Assembly: GCA_035647815.1 (NCBI GenBank)
Contig: DASRMR010000020.1
Coordinates: 12,870 to 76,869, forward strand
Origin: Syntrophomonadaceae bacterium
Lineage (GTDB): Bacteria > Bacillota > Syntrophomonadia > Syntrophomonadales > Syntrophomonadaceae
DNA length: 64,000 bases
Direction of reading: 5' to 3'
Position numbers and translations under genes: made by a program
Shown here: positions 48,393 through 58,177 of the stretch, in pieces
Layout: the number at the start of each line of letters is the position of its first letter
How positions within the stretch are numbered: position 1 is the stretch's first letter
The notes under the pieces: model-generated
What the model saw: the letters and a program-made list of their open reading frames with translations, nothing else
The model's database searches: none
Told to the model about the DNA's origin: nothing

Positions 48393-49343
48393 ATGAACAA
48401 CGCTGAACTTTCTGAAATATATAAACAAACGCTGACTTTAAGATGGTCGCCTGTAGCTGTACGTCTCATGCGCCCGGGCGAAGAAATTCCCGATGGGGTG
48501 ATGGAGCCACCCATGCCTTTGCGCTTTTGCCAATCCATCATTGTAGCTCGGCGAGGGAATAGCCTTTATATGCCGGCACGTAAACATGCCTGTCCTGATG
48601 GATCGGGGATTTTGGGTATAACGCAAATGTCTGAAAAATTAAAATCAGGTGATTTGTATCTTCTTTTCAAGAAATTGCCGAATATAGAAATTTGCCAAAA
48701 GATGATTGCCAGCCGTCCAGAATTTGAACCTGGTACACATGTAGCAACATTAGTTGCGCCCCTAGAAATGGCTAACTTTGAACCAGATGTCGTTATTTTT
48801 ACCATGTGGCCAGAACAAGCTATGTGGATGTGTTGTGCGAAAACTTATGCAACTGGCGAAAGACAGACATTTCATACATCTGGCTATAATTCAACTTGTA
48901 CTGACCTTACTGTACAGGTGATGAAAAGTGGCGAGATGAATGTGTCCTTTGGTTGTTATGGTGGTAGAGCTTCTACTGAAATCGATGATTTTGAACAGTA
49001 TGTATCGATACCATACCAACAGTTACCAATACTAGCGGAATCCTTAAAGAAGTTAGCGGTAAAAAGCATACCAGAGGAAAGAAGAAAAATTTACCTTCCG
49101 CCTGTCATGGATAATGTAACCCTCCCGGGGCAGGAAAAAGAAGGCCAAATCGAAGTGATACTGAATGAAAGCTTATGTAATGGTTGCGGTCTTTGTGAAG
49201 CTTTCTGTCCCGCCAGCGTATTTGAGATGAAAGATGTAAATGGAAAACAAAAGGCGATAGTTGTTAATCCGAAAAAATGTAGTGCCTGTTATACTTGTGT
49301 AGGCCAATGTTCTCAGAGAGCCATACAGCTAAAGTTGGTCTGA
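48393..49343 (+). CDS. DUF169-like protein fused to a C-terminal 2x[4Fe-4S] ferredoxin domain
   Basis: The N-terminal ~250 aa resemble DUF169 (PVAVRLMRPGEEIPDG...FCQ...). The C-terminus carries CNGCGLCEAFCP and CSACYTCVGQCS. Confidence 0.65.
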   Translation: MNNAELSEIYKQTLTLRWSPVAVRLMRPGEEIPDGVMEPPMPLRFCQSIIVARRGNSLYMPARKHACPDGSGILGITQMSEKLKSGDLYLLFKKLPNIEICQKMIASRPEFEPGTHVATLVAPLEMANFEPDVVIFTMWPEQAMWMCCAKTYATGERQTFHTSGYNSTCTDLTVQVMKSGEMNVSFGCYGGRASTEIDDFEQYVSIPYQQLPILAESLKKLAVKSIPEERRKIYLPPVMDNVTLPGQEKEGQIEVILNESLCNGCGLCEAFCPASVFEMKDVNGKQKAIVVNPKKCSACYTCVGQCSQRAIQLKLV

Positions 49344-49603
49344 TTATTCTACATTTATTGTTTGTGCCAATTTCATAATAAGAAATATTTTTCAAAATGA
49401 AAATATAAACGAAACTAGATAATATTCGAATTCCGCTATCTGGGGAACAAATCGTACCGATGATTTTGTATCTCAGATAGTTTTTCGAGTATCTGGGAAA
49501 TCCTAACATGATTCATAGTTCCCCTGATTGCTGGATTCCTAATTTTTAAACGAAAACAAATATGTTGGCTTGGGTGCTATTGATCCTGAAGTTTTCAATG
49601 GCA

Positions 49604-49813
49604 CTATATTTGTAGGCATAATCCTGCGGTATCTTTATTAGTCCTTGCACTATATCCTATTATTTCCTTATTATATAAATTAAACAATATGCATATATAA
49701 GCTCATTTTGTTTCTACTCCAACATAAGTGAGATCACTCACTACAACCTCCAGCTTTTCCTCGTCATTAAACCCCCTAGCCACTATATTATTAGCTCCTG
49801 CTGAAACGATATC
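49604..49813 (-). pseudogene. IS3-family transposase (DDE integrase core) remnant
   Basis: The minus-strand frame reads DIVSAGANNIVARGFNDEEKLEVVVSDLTYVGVETK*AYICILFNLYNKEIIGYSARTNKDTAGLCLQI*. This resembles the IS3 OrfB segment ...NQxWVTDITYI...GWxYLxxVxDLxSRxIVGWS..., with an in-frame TGA where Trp is expected. No intact ORF and no inverted repeats were seen. Confidence 0.5.
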
Positions 49814-50087
49814 TAAAAAATGCGGCGGGTAAGGTAACTAGTGGATTTTTAGTAGGAATTGAAAAGACACTAGCAATATTGCAGATGCAATTGCTTGGCT
49901 AAATATCGCTGAATCTTGTTAAACTTTTATCAAACAGTTATAATGATGTTAATATGTTTAAATATATGATAATCGAAAACATTTAACATTTCATCCCCTT
50001 CTTCTCTTTGTTTTTGAGTAAGATTAAACAGAAACATTGCATTTAACTTATTTTTTGTAATCCATCCGCTAATTGGGAGGAATTTAT

Positions 50088-52121
50088 TTGAATACTAGTA
50101 ACATGATTCATACGCCCTTAAGTTTGGAATTTAATAACGAAATTAAAAAACTAAAAAAGACCTATTATTACAACAACAAGGATTTTTCATCCTTAAATTC
50201 GTTACCTAGCCAAATAACCGCTTCGTGGAACAATTCTCGAAAGAACGGTATTGATCCTTTTTCTAATTTTACGGATATAGCTTATGAAAAAGTAGAAATG
50301 GATAAGATATCCGATGAAAGTAAAATCCTGTTAAAGGCAGCTACACCACTTATCGAAAAAATTGTTAGTCACTTATTTCCTATAAATGGTTTATGCTTGG
50401 CAGACAAAAATGGACTTGTTCTATTAGTTAAAGAGGCAGCGCGAAGTCCAATAAAGAAAAATGCATTTTCAGAAGGTATTGTTCTAAGTGAAGAAAATAT
50501 TGGCACTATCTCACAGAACTTGTGCATTAAATATCAAAAACCGGTGCAATTATTTGGTGCCGCTAATTATCATTCCTTTTTGGAAGATGATCTTAGTATG
50601 TCTACTCCAATTTTCAATACAAACAATGAATTAATAGGAGCATTGACATTAAATATAGTCACAAAAGAAGAAATCGAAGATGCGTATCTTGAAAGAACAT
50701 ATACTTATTTAATGGGATGGGCTAAATCTCTTGCTCATGCAATTCAATCCCAAGTAATGTTAATAAACAAAAATCAATCATTTACCATTACTAATGAAGC
50801 CTTTGAAACGGTTATATCGGCTGTTGATAAAGGAATTTTAGCTATTGATTGCAATGGAAATATAAAACATGTAAATAAAGAAAGCGAAAGGATTCTAGGA
50901 GATAGTAAAGAATCTATAATAAAAAATAATATTTCCGAATATATAGATAATACTCGCATTTTAGATAGGATAATTAACCAAAAAAAGACTATAGAAAGCA
51001 TGGAGAATATAAAAGGGAAGAACAAACCGAAATTAAAATATTTTATAAAGATTTCGCCAATTCTTGATCAAAACCAAAATGTAGAAGGGGCCGTTTTGAC
51101 CATACCTTTGGTATCAGAAAACAGCACTACAATTAATAAGCAGACAGGGAATACAGCGATCTACGATTTTGAAAAAATAATTGGTAACAGTGATTCCTTA
51201 ACTAAGACTATAAACATTGCTAAAAAGTTTGCCTATACAAATAATAATGTATTGATTGTAGGTGAAAGTGGGACTGGCAAAGAACTTTTTGCACAGTCTA
51301 TACACAATCAAAGCAGGGCAAGAAGGCCCTTTATAGCAATAAATTGCGCTTCAGTTTCCCATAGCCTAATTGAAAGTGAACTATTTGGATATGAAGGTGG
51401 CACATTTACAGGTGCGGATAAAAAGGGAAGGAAGGGGAAAATTGAATTAGCTAATGGGGGCACCCTTTTCTTAGATGAAATTGGTGATATGCCATTGGAA
51501 ATACAGCCTATTTTACTACGAGTGCTTGAAGATAAAAAAATAATGCGCCTAGGAGGAAATAGATATATTCCTGTAGATTTTAGGCTTGTAACTGCGACTA
51601 ATAAAGACTTATTGCAAGCCGTTAGGGATAAAGAATTTCGAGAAGATTTATATTATCGAATAGCAACTTTTAAAGTCATAATCCCTCCTTTAAGAAAAAG
51701 AGAAGGAGATATCGAATTGTTAGCAAAGTATTTTATTGAAGAAGCATGTCAAGAAATGGAAAGATCAATACCTGTTTTAAGTAAAGAAACACTTGATTAT
51801 TTGAACAATCATTATTGGAGTGGCAATGTAAGGCAACTTCAAAATGTTATAATCTATGCAGTTAGTATGTTGAATCCAGCTGAAACATTAATAGGGATTA
51901 ACCATTTACCTAGTGATATGTTTCTTAATAATAATACCCCGCATGAAGATTTTAATAATATAAGTTCTGTAACAACTTTGCGGGATTTAGAAAAAGAAGC
52001 TATTGAAAACGCCTTGGCAATTTGTGATTTCAATGTTGAGGACGCAGCTATACAGCTTGGAATAAGTAGAGCTACATTGTATAGGCGAATAAAAGAATAC
52101 AATATTGTTTTAAAAAAATAA
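50088..52121 (+). CDS. Sigma-54-dependent transcriptional activator (sensory N-terminal domain + PAS + AAA+ + Fis-type HTH)
   Basis: Walker A GESGTGKE, ESELFGYEGGTFTGA (GAFTGA-type sigma-54 contact loop), GGTLFLDEIGDM, RLVTATN and C-terminal AAIQLGISRATLYRRIKEY. GGGAGG RBS lies 7 nt before TTG 50088, with ATG 50103 as an alternative. Confidence 0.93.
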   Translation: MNTSNMIHTPLSLEFNNEIKKLKKTYYYNNKDFSSLNSLPSQITASWNNSRKNGIDPFSNFTDIAYEKVEMDKISDESKILLKAATPLIEKIVSHLFPINGLCLADKNGLVLLVKEAARSPIKKNAFSEGIVLSEENIGTISQNLCIKYQKPVQLFGAANYHSFLEDDLSMSTPIFNTNNELIGALTLNIVTKEEIEDAYLERTYTYLMGWAKSLAHAIQSQVMLINKNQSFTITNEAFETVISAVDKGILAIDCNGNIKHVNKESERILGDSKESIIKNNISEYIDNTRILDRIINQKKTIESMENIKGKNKPKLKYFIKISPILDQNQNVEGAVLTIPLVSENSTTINKQTGNTAIYDFEKIIGNSDSLTKTINIAKKFAYTNNNVLIVGESGTGKELFAQSIHNQSRARRPFIAINCASVSHSLIESELFGYEGGTFTGADKKGRKGKIELANGGTLFLDEIGDMPLEIQPILLRVLEDKKIMRLGGNRYIPVDFRLVTATNKDLLQAVRDKEFREDLYYRIATFKVIIPPLRKREGDIELLAKYFIEEACQEMERSIPVLSKETLDYLNNHYWSGNVRQLQNVIIYAVSMLNPAETLIGINHLPSDMFLNNNTPHEDFNNISSVTTLRDLEKEAIENALAICDFNVEDAAIQLGISRATLYRRIKEYNIVLKK

Positions 52122-52140
52122 AAATATCTTTTATAAAATT

Positions 52141-52187
52141 ATTAAGCCGGGTTCGCTATGCGAGACCCGGCTTAATATATTTTTATT
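52141..52187. terminator. Bidirectional terminator between the activator gene and the DASS transporter
   Basis: ATTAAGCCGGGT-N12-ACCCGGCTTAAT, flanked by A- and T-rich runs. Confidence 0.8.
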
Positions 52188-52189
52188 CT

Positions 52190-53578
52190 TTACAAACCAA
52201 CAATAGGCATCATGAAAGAAACCCAGAATGTTAGTAGCAAAATAAACACAATTGTAGGTACTAAACCTGTTTTGAAAACATCCCCCATAGTGTAATGGCC
52301 AGGACTATAAGTTATCATTAAAACAGGGTTTAAAGGTAAGAGATAGCAAACACCAACACCCATAGAAACGATTAGAGTAATAGCGACAGGTGAAAATAGA
52401 CCAGTAGACATTCCAACTGCTGCTAATGGTGGTATTAGAAGTCCTACTAAAGCAGGTCCCATTGGGAATACTGCATGAAGAAGAACTACAAATGTTGTTA
52501 CAATTAATAGGACGACCAGACCAGATAAGCCAGATACACTAGCAACTAATCCCTCTGCCATCCAACTAGCTCCGCCAGTTGCTAAAACTCCGCCTGCAAC
52601 TGACATAATACATCCGATTACTAGAAGTACGCTCCATGGCACTCCTTTATTATAATCATCCCAAGTCATTAAATCTATACCGGGAACGAAAAACAGGATT
52701 AACCCTAGCAAAGCAACCATGGTGGAATTGATTTGCGGGAACCATGCCCCAGCAAACCATAAAACTAACAAAAGACCAATAATAGAAACTAATTTAATTT
52801 CTTGGACACTGAAGGGGCCTGCGGCCGCTACTTCTTTTTCTAAAACAGCAAGTGCCTCTTTATTAACTGGTTCTGGTTTAAAAACTTTGACAATAAAGAA
52901 CCACTCAACAAATACCATTACTAGTGCAATAGGATATGCAATTACAGTCCATTGAAGAAAGGAAATAGAAAGTCCAGCAACATCTGACAATACTTGCATG
53001 CCCATCACATTGATTGCTGTACCAATTGGTGTAGCAATACCACCTGTCATAACTGCAAGTGGAATACCTAACATAAGTGCTTTTACTAAATTAGATTCCC
53101 TTGGTTTTGCACCCATTGCTGCGACTAAGGTAAAAGCAATTCCTAAAAACAACATAGTTGTGGTAGTGTTTTGCATTATTGATGATACTAAACAACCAGC
53201 AAGCATGAAGCCGAGAACTAATTTTTCAGAGTTATCACCCGCCCAGTTTAAAAGAACACCTGTAATTCGGGCTCCTAAATTTGTATTCATCATAGCTATT
53301 GTTAAAGAGAAAGCGCCGAGGATAAAAAGCAAAACTGGTGACATAAATCCTGCAACTGCTTCGGGAAATGTTATTACATCCAATATAGGCATTAATAATA
53401 AAAGTATAAACCCAGTTATAGCAGTAGGAAAAGATTCAAATAACCAAAGGGAAACTCCACTAAATAATACTGCTAGTCCCATTTTCCCTGCAGTTGATAA
53501 TCCTTCGGGATCGGGAAGAAAATAAGCTGTTACTAATATTAAGGCTGCTATTACTATGCCGGTGATTCTTTTTGTCAT
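52190..53578 (-). CDS. DASS/SLC13-type anion (di/tricarboxylate-like) transporter, paralog 1
   Basis: 462-aa polytopic protein, alignable along its full length by eye with the 56666..58054 product (both 462 aa and both ending in a shared ...VGL / ...LGL C-terminus). Confidence 0.8.
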   Translation of the reverse strand: MTKRITGIVIAALILVTAYFLPDPEGLSTAGKMGLAVLFSGVSLWLFESFPTAITGFILLLLMPILDVITFPEAVAGFMSPVLLFILGAFSLTIAMMNTNLGARITGVLLNWAGDNSEKLVLGFMLAGCLVSSIMQNTTTTMLFLGIAFTLVAAMGAKPRESNLVKALMLGIPLAVMTGGIATPIGTAINVMGMQVLSDVAGLSISFLQWTVIAYPIALVMVFVEWFFIVKVFKPEPVNKEALAVLEKEVAAAGPFSVQEIKLVSIIGLLLVLWFAGAWFPQINSTMVALLGLILFFVPGIDLMTWDDYNKGVPWSVLLVIGCIMSVAGGVLATGGASWMAEGLVASVSGLSGLVVLLIVTTFVVLLHAVFPMGPALVGLLIPPLAAVGMSTGLFSPVAITLIVSMGVGVCYLLPLNPVLMITYSPGHYTMGDVFKTGLVPTIVFILLLTFWVSFMMPIVGL

Positions 53579-53736
53579 TAGCTGTCACTACCTTTCGTTT
53601 AATATAAAATAAGAATTATTTTTATAATCATTGCACTTAAATAACATTGTAATTTTAATTTAAGGTGAATATTTTTTGTGAGGCTGTCCAGAGTTTTTCC
53701 GAACAACCTCACATATTCATATGTTTTTTATAAATT

Positions 53737-54066
53737 TTAACGAAGAGTAAATAATAACATTTTATCATCAGTTAGTTTTTTCTTTAATTCTTCTATAGGG
53801 CCAATTTCTATAACTCCAGTTTGACAATGTTGGACGCAACTAGGCAACTTCCCCTTTTCCACTCGTTCAGTGCAACGAGTGCAATAGTCTGTAGGCGATA
53901 CAAAATAATCGAATTGCCATTTTTCGCCGACGGGGAAGGGCCCAATTTTTCTTACTTCTAGCCCGCATGTTTCAGGATCATAGTTGTTTTCTTGTTGGCA
54001 AGCTATTTCACAAGCATGGCAACCAGTACAGAATTTATAGTTTACAAATAAACCATATTGAGCCAC
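53737..54066 (-). CDS. Small 4Fe-4S ferredoxin-type subunit of the molybdopterin oxidoreductase
   Basis: 109 aa with CTGCHACEIAC and CTRC...CVQHC motifs. Starts 3 nt after the stop of the catalytic subunit gene. Confidence 0.75.
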   Translation of the reverse strand: MAQYGLFVNYKFCTGCHACEIACQQENNYDPETCGLEVRKIGPFPVGEKWQFDYFVSPTDYCTRCTERVEKGKLPSCVQHCQTGVIEIGPIEELKKKLTDDKMLLFTLR

Positions 54067-54068
54067 TA

Positions 54069-56279
54069 TTATTCTCCTCCTTCCACTTTATAAATTTTAC
54101 AAAGCGATGCTTTATACGAGTTACCAAAACCTGTGCTGCCTGGATTGTCACCTATGAGATTATTTATATTAGATTCAAAAACACCGTGAAAGCCATCTAA
54201 TGCATCTTTTTCTGGGAACCACCAACCATGGGCGGAGCTCACTACATCACGGCGGATGCCATTAGTTAATTTAGCTTTTTGTTTACATTTTCCTAAATGA
54301 TTTTCAATCCAAATCCAATCGCCATCTTTGATGCCATGCTCTTTGGCTACATCCGTGTGTATCTCGGTAATAGGATCAGAGTGAACTCTTCTAAGAGATG
54401 GAACGTTTCTATGTTCAGAGTGGAATAATCCAGGAACACGGGTGCCTGTAGTTAAAACTAGAGGATATTTTTCGTACAATTCTGGTGTACTTACTGGACT
54501 TTCTGGGGGTTCTTTATAAAACGGTAGTGGATCAACACCATACATTTCCAGTACACTAGTTGTAAATTCAAATAAACCTGAAGCAGTGTCAAATCCGGGT
54601 TCTCCATCTGGTCTTAGTAAGCCTTTTTCATGTCTGTTATATTCGAAATCTGTATACTTCCAATTTTGATTTTTAAGATCGTGGTAATCAATTCCTTGTT
54701 CAGCAGTTAGCGATTCGTACATTTCGACATCAGTTTCCCACGGATAAGCTTCTTTATTAAATCTGCGACCTAAATCTATGAGAATTTGTTGGTCGGATTT
54801 AGTATCTCCAACAGGATCAACTGCTTGAGTCAATGGCCCTAGGAAATAAGGTTGATGTCCAACTAGACCATGCCTTTCTCCAAAGGTGCTGGCTGGTAAT
54901 ACTATGTCACCTACTGCTACAGCAGTTGGACTCATGAAAAGATCAACTATGACATTTAGTTCTGTATTAGATAAGGCTTTGTATACTTTATCTGCGTCAG
55001 CACCCATACAGGCTATCGGATTATTAGTTTGCATGAAAACGCCTTTAATAGGATGAGGTTCACCGGTAAGCATAGCGTTAGTAATGGCTGTTGGTTCAGA
55101 CATGGCAGTGAGACCTAAGAATACAGGATTGCCTAAGCGTGTTGCTTTTTGCTCATCACTTAATAAATCAAATCCCCAACCAGATCTCCAAGTTTGTGTA
55201 ATTCCAAATGGATATTTACCAATGACTTGGGTTCCAGGTTTTTCAATATCACCCGTTAAACCAAATAAATTACGAACTGCAATAGATGCATGTAAACCCT
55301 CTTGGATTTGGTCAAATGGTAGTCCGGAATGAATACATGCTCTTTCAGCATTGGCATAAGCTCTGGCAACAGCTATGATGTCATCTGCATCAACGCCACA
55401 AATTTCAGCTACTTTTTCTACTGGGTATTCTTTACAACGCTCAGCATAATCTTCGAAACCGTAACCCCATTTGTCCACAAATTCTTTGTCATAAAGACCT
55501 TCTTGAATAATTATGTTTGCTAAACCTAGTGCTAGGGCAGCGTCTGTTCCAGGTCTAATTTGTAAAAAGTGCTCTGATCTTCCAGCCCACCATGTTACAC
55601 GTGGGTCAATAGTTATTACCTTTGTACCTCTTTTCATTACTTCTACAATCCAATATCCTAAGTTGCCATCAGGGTTGGAATTTTCCGGATTAGTACCCCA
55701 AATAATCATATATTCCGGAACTTTATAGTTTGGATTATCAAAACGATCTGGGAAAAACTGAGAACTATCTACAACGGTAGGATTACCAACTCCTAGAGCT
55801 AATGCTAATTGACGTGGAGCATAGCAAGCCATTCCAGATAAAAACCCGCAAGTATAGTTACCAGAACCTAAAGCAAATGGTAAACGGCAGGTATATCCGT
55901 TTACATCTCTACCAGTTCCTTGGAAGAAGGCTAATGCTTTTGGCCCATATTCATCCATAATTTTGCGCCATTTTTCTTCAATGAAATCATATGCTTCGTC
56001 CCAGCTAATTGGTTTCCACTTGTTTTCTCCCCGCTCTCCTACACGCAACATAGGCGATTTTAGACGTTCTGGGTTATATAAAACCTCTTTGTATGCGAGA
56101 CAGCGCGAACATAATCTTCCCTGGTTATAGGGATTGTCTGGGTCGCCTTCAATTTTTTCTAGTTTCCCGTCTTTTAGATACATCAAAACGCCACAATTAT
56201 TGTGGCAACCTGGCCCTGTCCGAGCATGGCTGCGGATTATTGTGTAGCCATCTTCTTCCCATGTCCATGGTTTTGCCAT
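54069..56279 (-). CDS. Cytoplasmic molybdopterin (bis-MGD) oxidoreductase catalytic subunit, DMSO-reductase superfamily
   Basis: 736 aa. N-terminal Cys-rich segment GPGCHNNCGVLMYLKDGKLEKIEGDPDNP...GRLCSRC, followed by typical MopB and C-terminal MGD-binding barrel segments (GDWIWIEN...). No twin-arginine signal. Confidence 0.85.
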   Translation of the reverse strand: MAKPWTWEEDGYTIIRSHARTGPGCHNNCGVLMYLKDGKLEKIEGDPDNPYNQGRLCSRCLAYKEVLYNPERLKSPMLRVGERGENKWKPISWDEAYDFIEEKWRKIMDEYGPKALAFFQGTGRDVNGYTCRLPFALGSGNYTCGFLSGMACYAPRQLALALGVGNPTVVDSSQFFPDRFDNPNYKVPEYMIIWGTNPENSNPDGNLGYWIVEVMKRGTKVITIDPRVTWWAGRSEHFLQIRPGTDAALALGLANIIIQEGLYDKEFVDKWGYGFEDYAERCKEYPVEKVAEICGVDADDIIAVARAYANAERACIHSGLPFDQIQEGLHASIAVRNLFGLTGDIEKPGTQVIGKYPFGITQTWRSGWGFDLLSDEQKATRLGNPVFLGLTAMSEPTAITNAMLTGEPHPIKGVFMQTNNPIACMGADADKVYKALSNTELNVIVDLFMSPTAVAVGDIVLPASTFGERHGLVGHQPYFLGPLTQAVDPVGDTKSDQQILIDLGRRFNKEAYPWETDVEMYESLTAEQGIDYHDLKNQNWKYTDFEYNRHEKGLLRPDGEPGFDTASGLFEFTTSVLEMYGVDPLPFYKEPPESPVSTPELYEKYPLVLTTGTRVPGLFHSEHRNVPSLRRVHSDPITEIHTDVAKEHGIKDGDWIWIENHLGKCKQKAKLTNGIRRDVVSSAHGWWFPEKDALDGFHGVFESNINNLIGDNPGSTGFGNSYKASLCKIYKVEGGE

Positions 56280-56453
56280 TAATGTTTCCTCCTTTAAATT
56301 TTAGTTGTTTAAAATAAGTGTTTCTTTGGATATGGTATAAAAACTACCCTTGTTTGAACTAAAATTCACTTACATTTAAATCACTAGCCCAATCCAGAGC
56401 AATTTTTTTGGAAAACACAACATACGAGGTCTGTGCTTCCATATATATAGTTA

Positions 56454-56469
56454 TGCATAATTCATGCCA
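56454..56469 (-). promoter_or_regulatory. Sigma-54 -24/-12 promoter (minus strand TGGCATGAATTATGCA)
   Basis: Correct GG-N10-GC spacing. It lies 175 nt upstream of the 56279 start codon. Confidence 0.7.
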
Positions 56470-56521
56470 ACGATAAAAGTCTTTAAAGCTGAGTTTTTCA
56501 CCTTTTTCCTATCCCTTTAGT

Positions 56522-56545
56522 TCTCAATTAGAGATTAACTTGAGA
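56522..56545. promoter_or_regulatory. Candidate enhancer (UAS) palindrome TCTCAA-N12-TTGAGA
   Basis: TCTCAATTAGAGATTAACTTGAGA lies 53 bp upstream of the 56454 sigma-54 promoter. A site with the same arms and spacing occurs at 62058..62081. Confidence 0.55.
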
Positions 56546-56594
56546 TTTGATAATATTTTTACGCTAGTTTGAATTTAATTACACTTATGCTAAA

Positions 56595-56637
56595 TAAAAA
56601 AGCCCGAATCTAGTAAACTTAGATTTGGGCTTTTTTG
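56595..56637 (-). terminator. Terminator after DASS transporter paralog 2 (bidirectional form)
   Basis: AAAAAAGCCCGAATCTA-loop-TAGATTTGGGCTTTTTT. Confidence 0.8.
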
Positions 56638-56665
56638 GTAACCTTTTGGATAATGGCTTATTTTG

Positions 56666-58054
56666 CTATAATCCTAGTACAGATACTATAAATGGGAGCC
56701 AGAAGACCATTAAAAGAATATAAGTAAAAGTAATAAATACCCCTGGTTTTATTACATCACTCATAGAATAATAGCCGTCGTTGTATGTTATTAGTATATT
56801 GGGATTAAGTGGTAGTAAATAACATGCCTCAAATGCTAAAGCTACCATGATAGCAGCCACTGCAGGTGAGAACATGCCTGTTTGCAAACCAATATCTGCC
56901 ATTGGTATTAAAAACAAACCTACTCCGGCAGGACCTATGGGGAAAACTGAATGTAACAAAACTAAAAATGTAGCTAAAACAGCTAACACCCCAAAAGTTC
57001 CTAATCCACCTGTAATAGACAAGACTGAATCGGTAAGAAATCTAGCTGCACCAGTTTCTAAAGCAACGGCAGCAAATGCCTGAATACTACCAATCATCAG
57101 TACTATATTCCAAGGAACTGCCGCAAAAAACTCATTGCCTTCTAAAAGATTTACTCCCGGTAAAAACATAATTATTAGGCCAACCATGGCAACTGTAGTT
57201 GTATTTAATACCGGAATCCAAGAACCGAGAACCCAACAAATTAACATGGCCGTAACGAGGGTTAGTACTTTTTTCTCTCTAAATGTTAATTTGCCTAAGT
57301 TGGCGATTTGTGTTTCTAATTCGACTAAAGCGTCACTAGCAATATCTTCAGGTTTTAGGATTTTAGTGACAAAAAACCAAGCAGTGAGAACCATTATAAT
57401 GGAAATAGGTATTCCTATTACCATCCAATCTAAAAAACTGATAGTCATACCATAGTGTTGACCTAAAAGGTCAATTGCCATCATGTTTAAAGCTGATCCA
57501 GCTGGTGTAGACGCGCCGCCTGCCATTGCACCTAAAGGAACACCCAACATTAAACATTTACCTAAATTTGACTCTCCAGGTTTTGCATTTAATGGTTTTA
57601 GTAAGGAATAAACAATTCCAAGAAATAGGAAAGTTGCAGCCATATCGGACATAACTGCGGATAAGAGCGCTGTTCCTCCCATAAATGCTAAAACGATTTT
57701 ATTAGAAACTCCACCTGCCCATTTTAATAATATTCCAGCAAGTCTAGTAGCTAGTTCCGTTTTCATTATAATTGCAGTAATTCCAAAAGTAGCAATAACA
57801 AAGAAAATAACAGGACTTATAAAAGATTGGAAAACGCTATTTAAATCTTTTATTCCAAAAAAACTAATCAATAGCATCAATAAGAAACCAGTAATTGATA
57901 CCGGGAATGTTTCGGAAACCCATAAAACAACAGCGGCTAGCAATAGCCCTAAAGACATTTTCCCAGCATATCCAAGAGCTTCAGGGGCAGGCATGAAATA
58001 AGTTGCTATAATAATCACAATCGCTAAAACAAAACCAATATTTTTTTTGTTCAT
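56666..58054 (-). CDS. DASS/SLC13-type anion transporter, paralog 2
   Basis: 462-aa polytopic protein, colinear with the 52190..53578 product. Confidence 0.8.
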   Translation of the reverse strand: MNKKNIGFVLAIVIIIATYFMPAPEALGYAGKMSLGLLLAAVVLWVSETFPVSITGFLLMLLISFFGIKDLNSVFQSFISPVIFFVIATFGITAIIMKTELATRLAGILLKWAGGVSNKIVLAFMGGTALLSAVMSDMAATFLFLGIVYSLLKPLNAKPGESNLGKCLMLGVPLGAMAGGASTPAGSALNMMAIDLLGQHYGMTISFLDWMVIGIPISIIMVLTAWFFVTKILKPEDIASDALVELETQIANLGKLTFREKKVLTLVTAMLICWVLGSWIPVLNTTTVAMVGLIIMFLPGVNLLEGNEFFAAVPWNIVLMIGSIQAFAAVALETGAARFLTDSVLSITGGLGTFGVLAVLATFLVLLHSVFPIGPAGVGLFLIPMADIGLQTGMFSPAVAAIMVALAFEACYLLPLNPNILITYNDGYYSMSDVIKPGVFITFTYILLMVFWLPFIVSVLGL

Positions 58055-58177
58055 TTATACGTTTCTCCCTTTTGCATTTTTATCAATATAAATTTGCAGG
58101 TGTCGGGAAATGTTCGAACAAATCCTGGCACTGTATAAACAATTTTTGTGTATGGGATAAATACTTCACCTAGTAAA

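Noticed and set aside
49264-49509. 81-aa minus-strand ORF spanning the end of the DUF169 gene.
   Set aside because: It overlaps the 3' end of a supported gene and then runs through decayed non-coding DNA. At most it is part of the degraded IS remnant, not a functional gene.
49599-49614. Near-match to a sigma-54 promoter, TGGCACTATATTTGTA, about 475 bp upstream of the EBP gene.
   Set aside because: The invariant -12 GC is GT. The site also lies inside the IS3-like pseudogene frame, so it is probably fortuitous. It would be worth re-checking only if TSS data show a start near 49625.
52719-57455. Antisense ORFs within the two DASS transporter genes and the 736-aa molybdoenzyme gene (for example 52998..53525, 55084..55728 and 56847..57455).
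   Set aside because: They are mirror-frame ORFs of long, well-supported genes, with no independent start signals.
58126-58141. TGGCAC hexamer (plus strand) in the gap between the beta subunit and the transporter.
   Set aside because: There is no TTGCA-like -12 element at the required spacing (TGGCACTGTATAAACA). It is also on the wrong strand for the flanking minus-strand genes.
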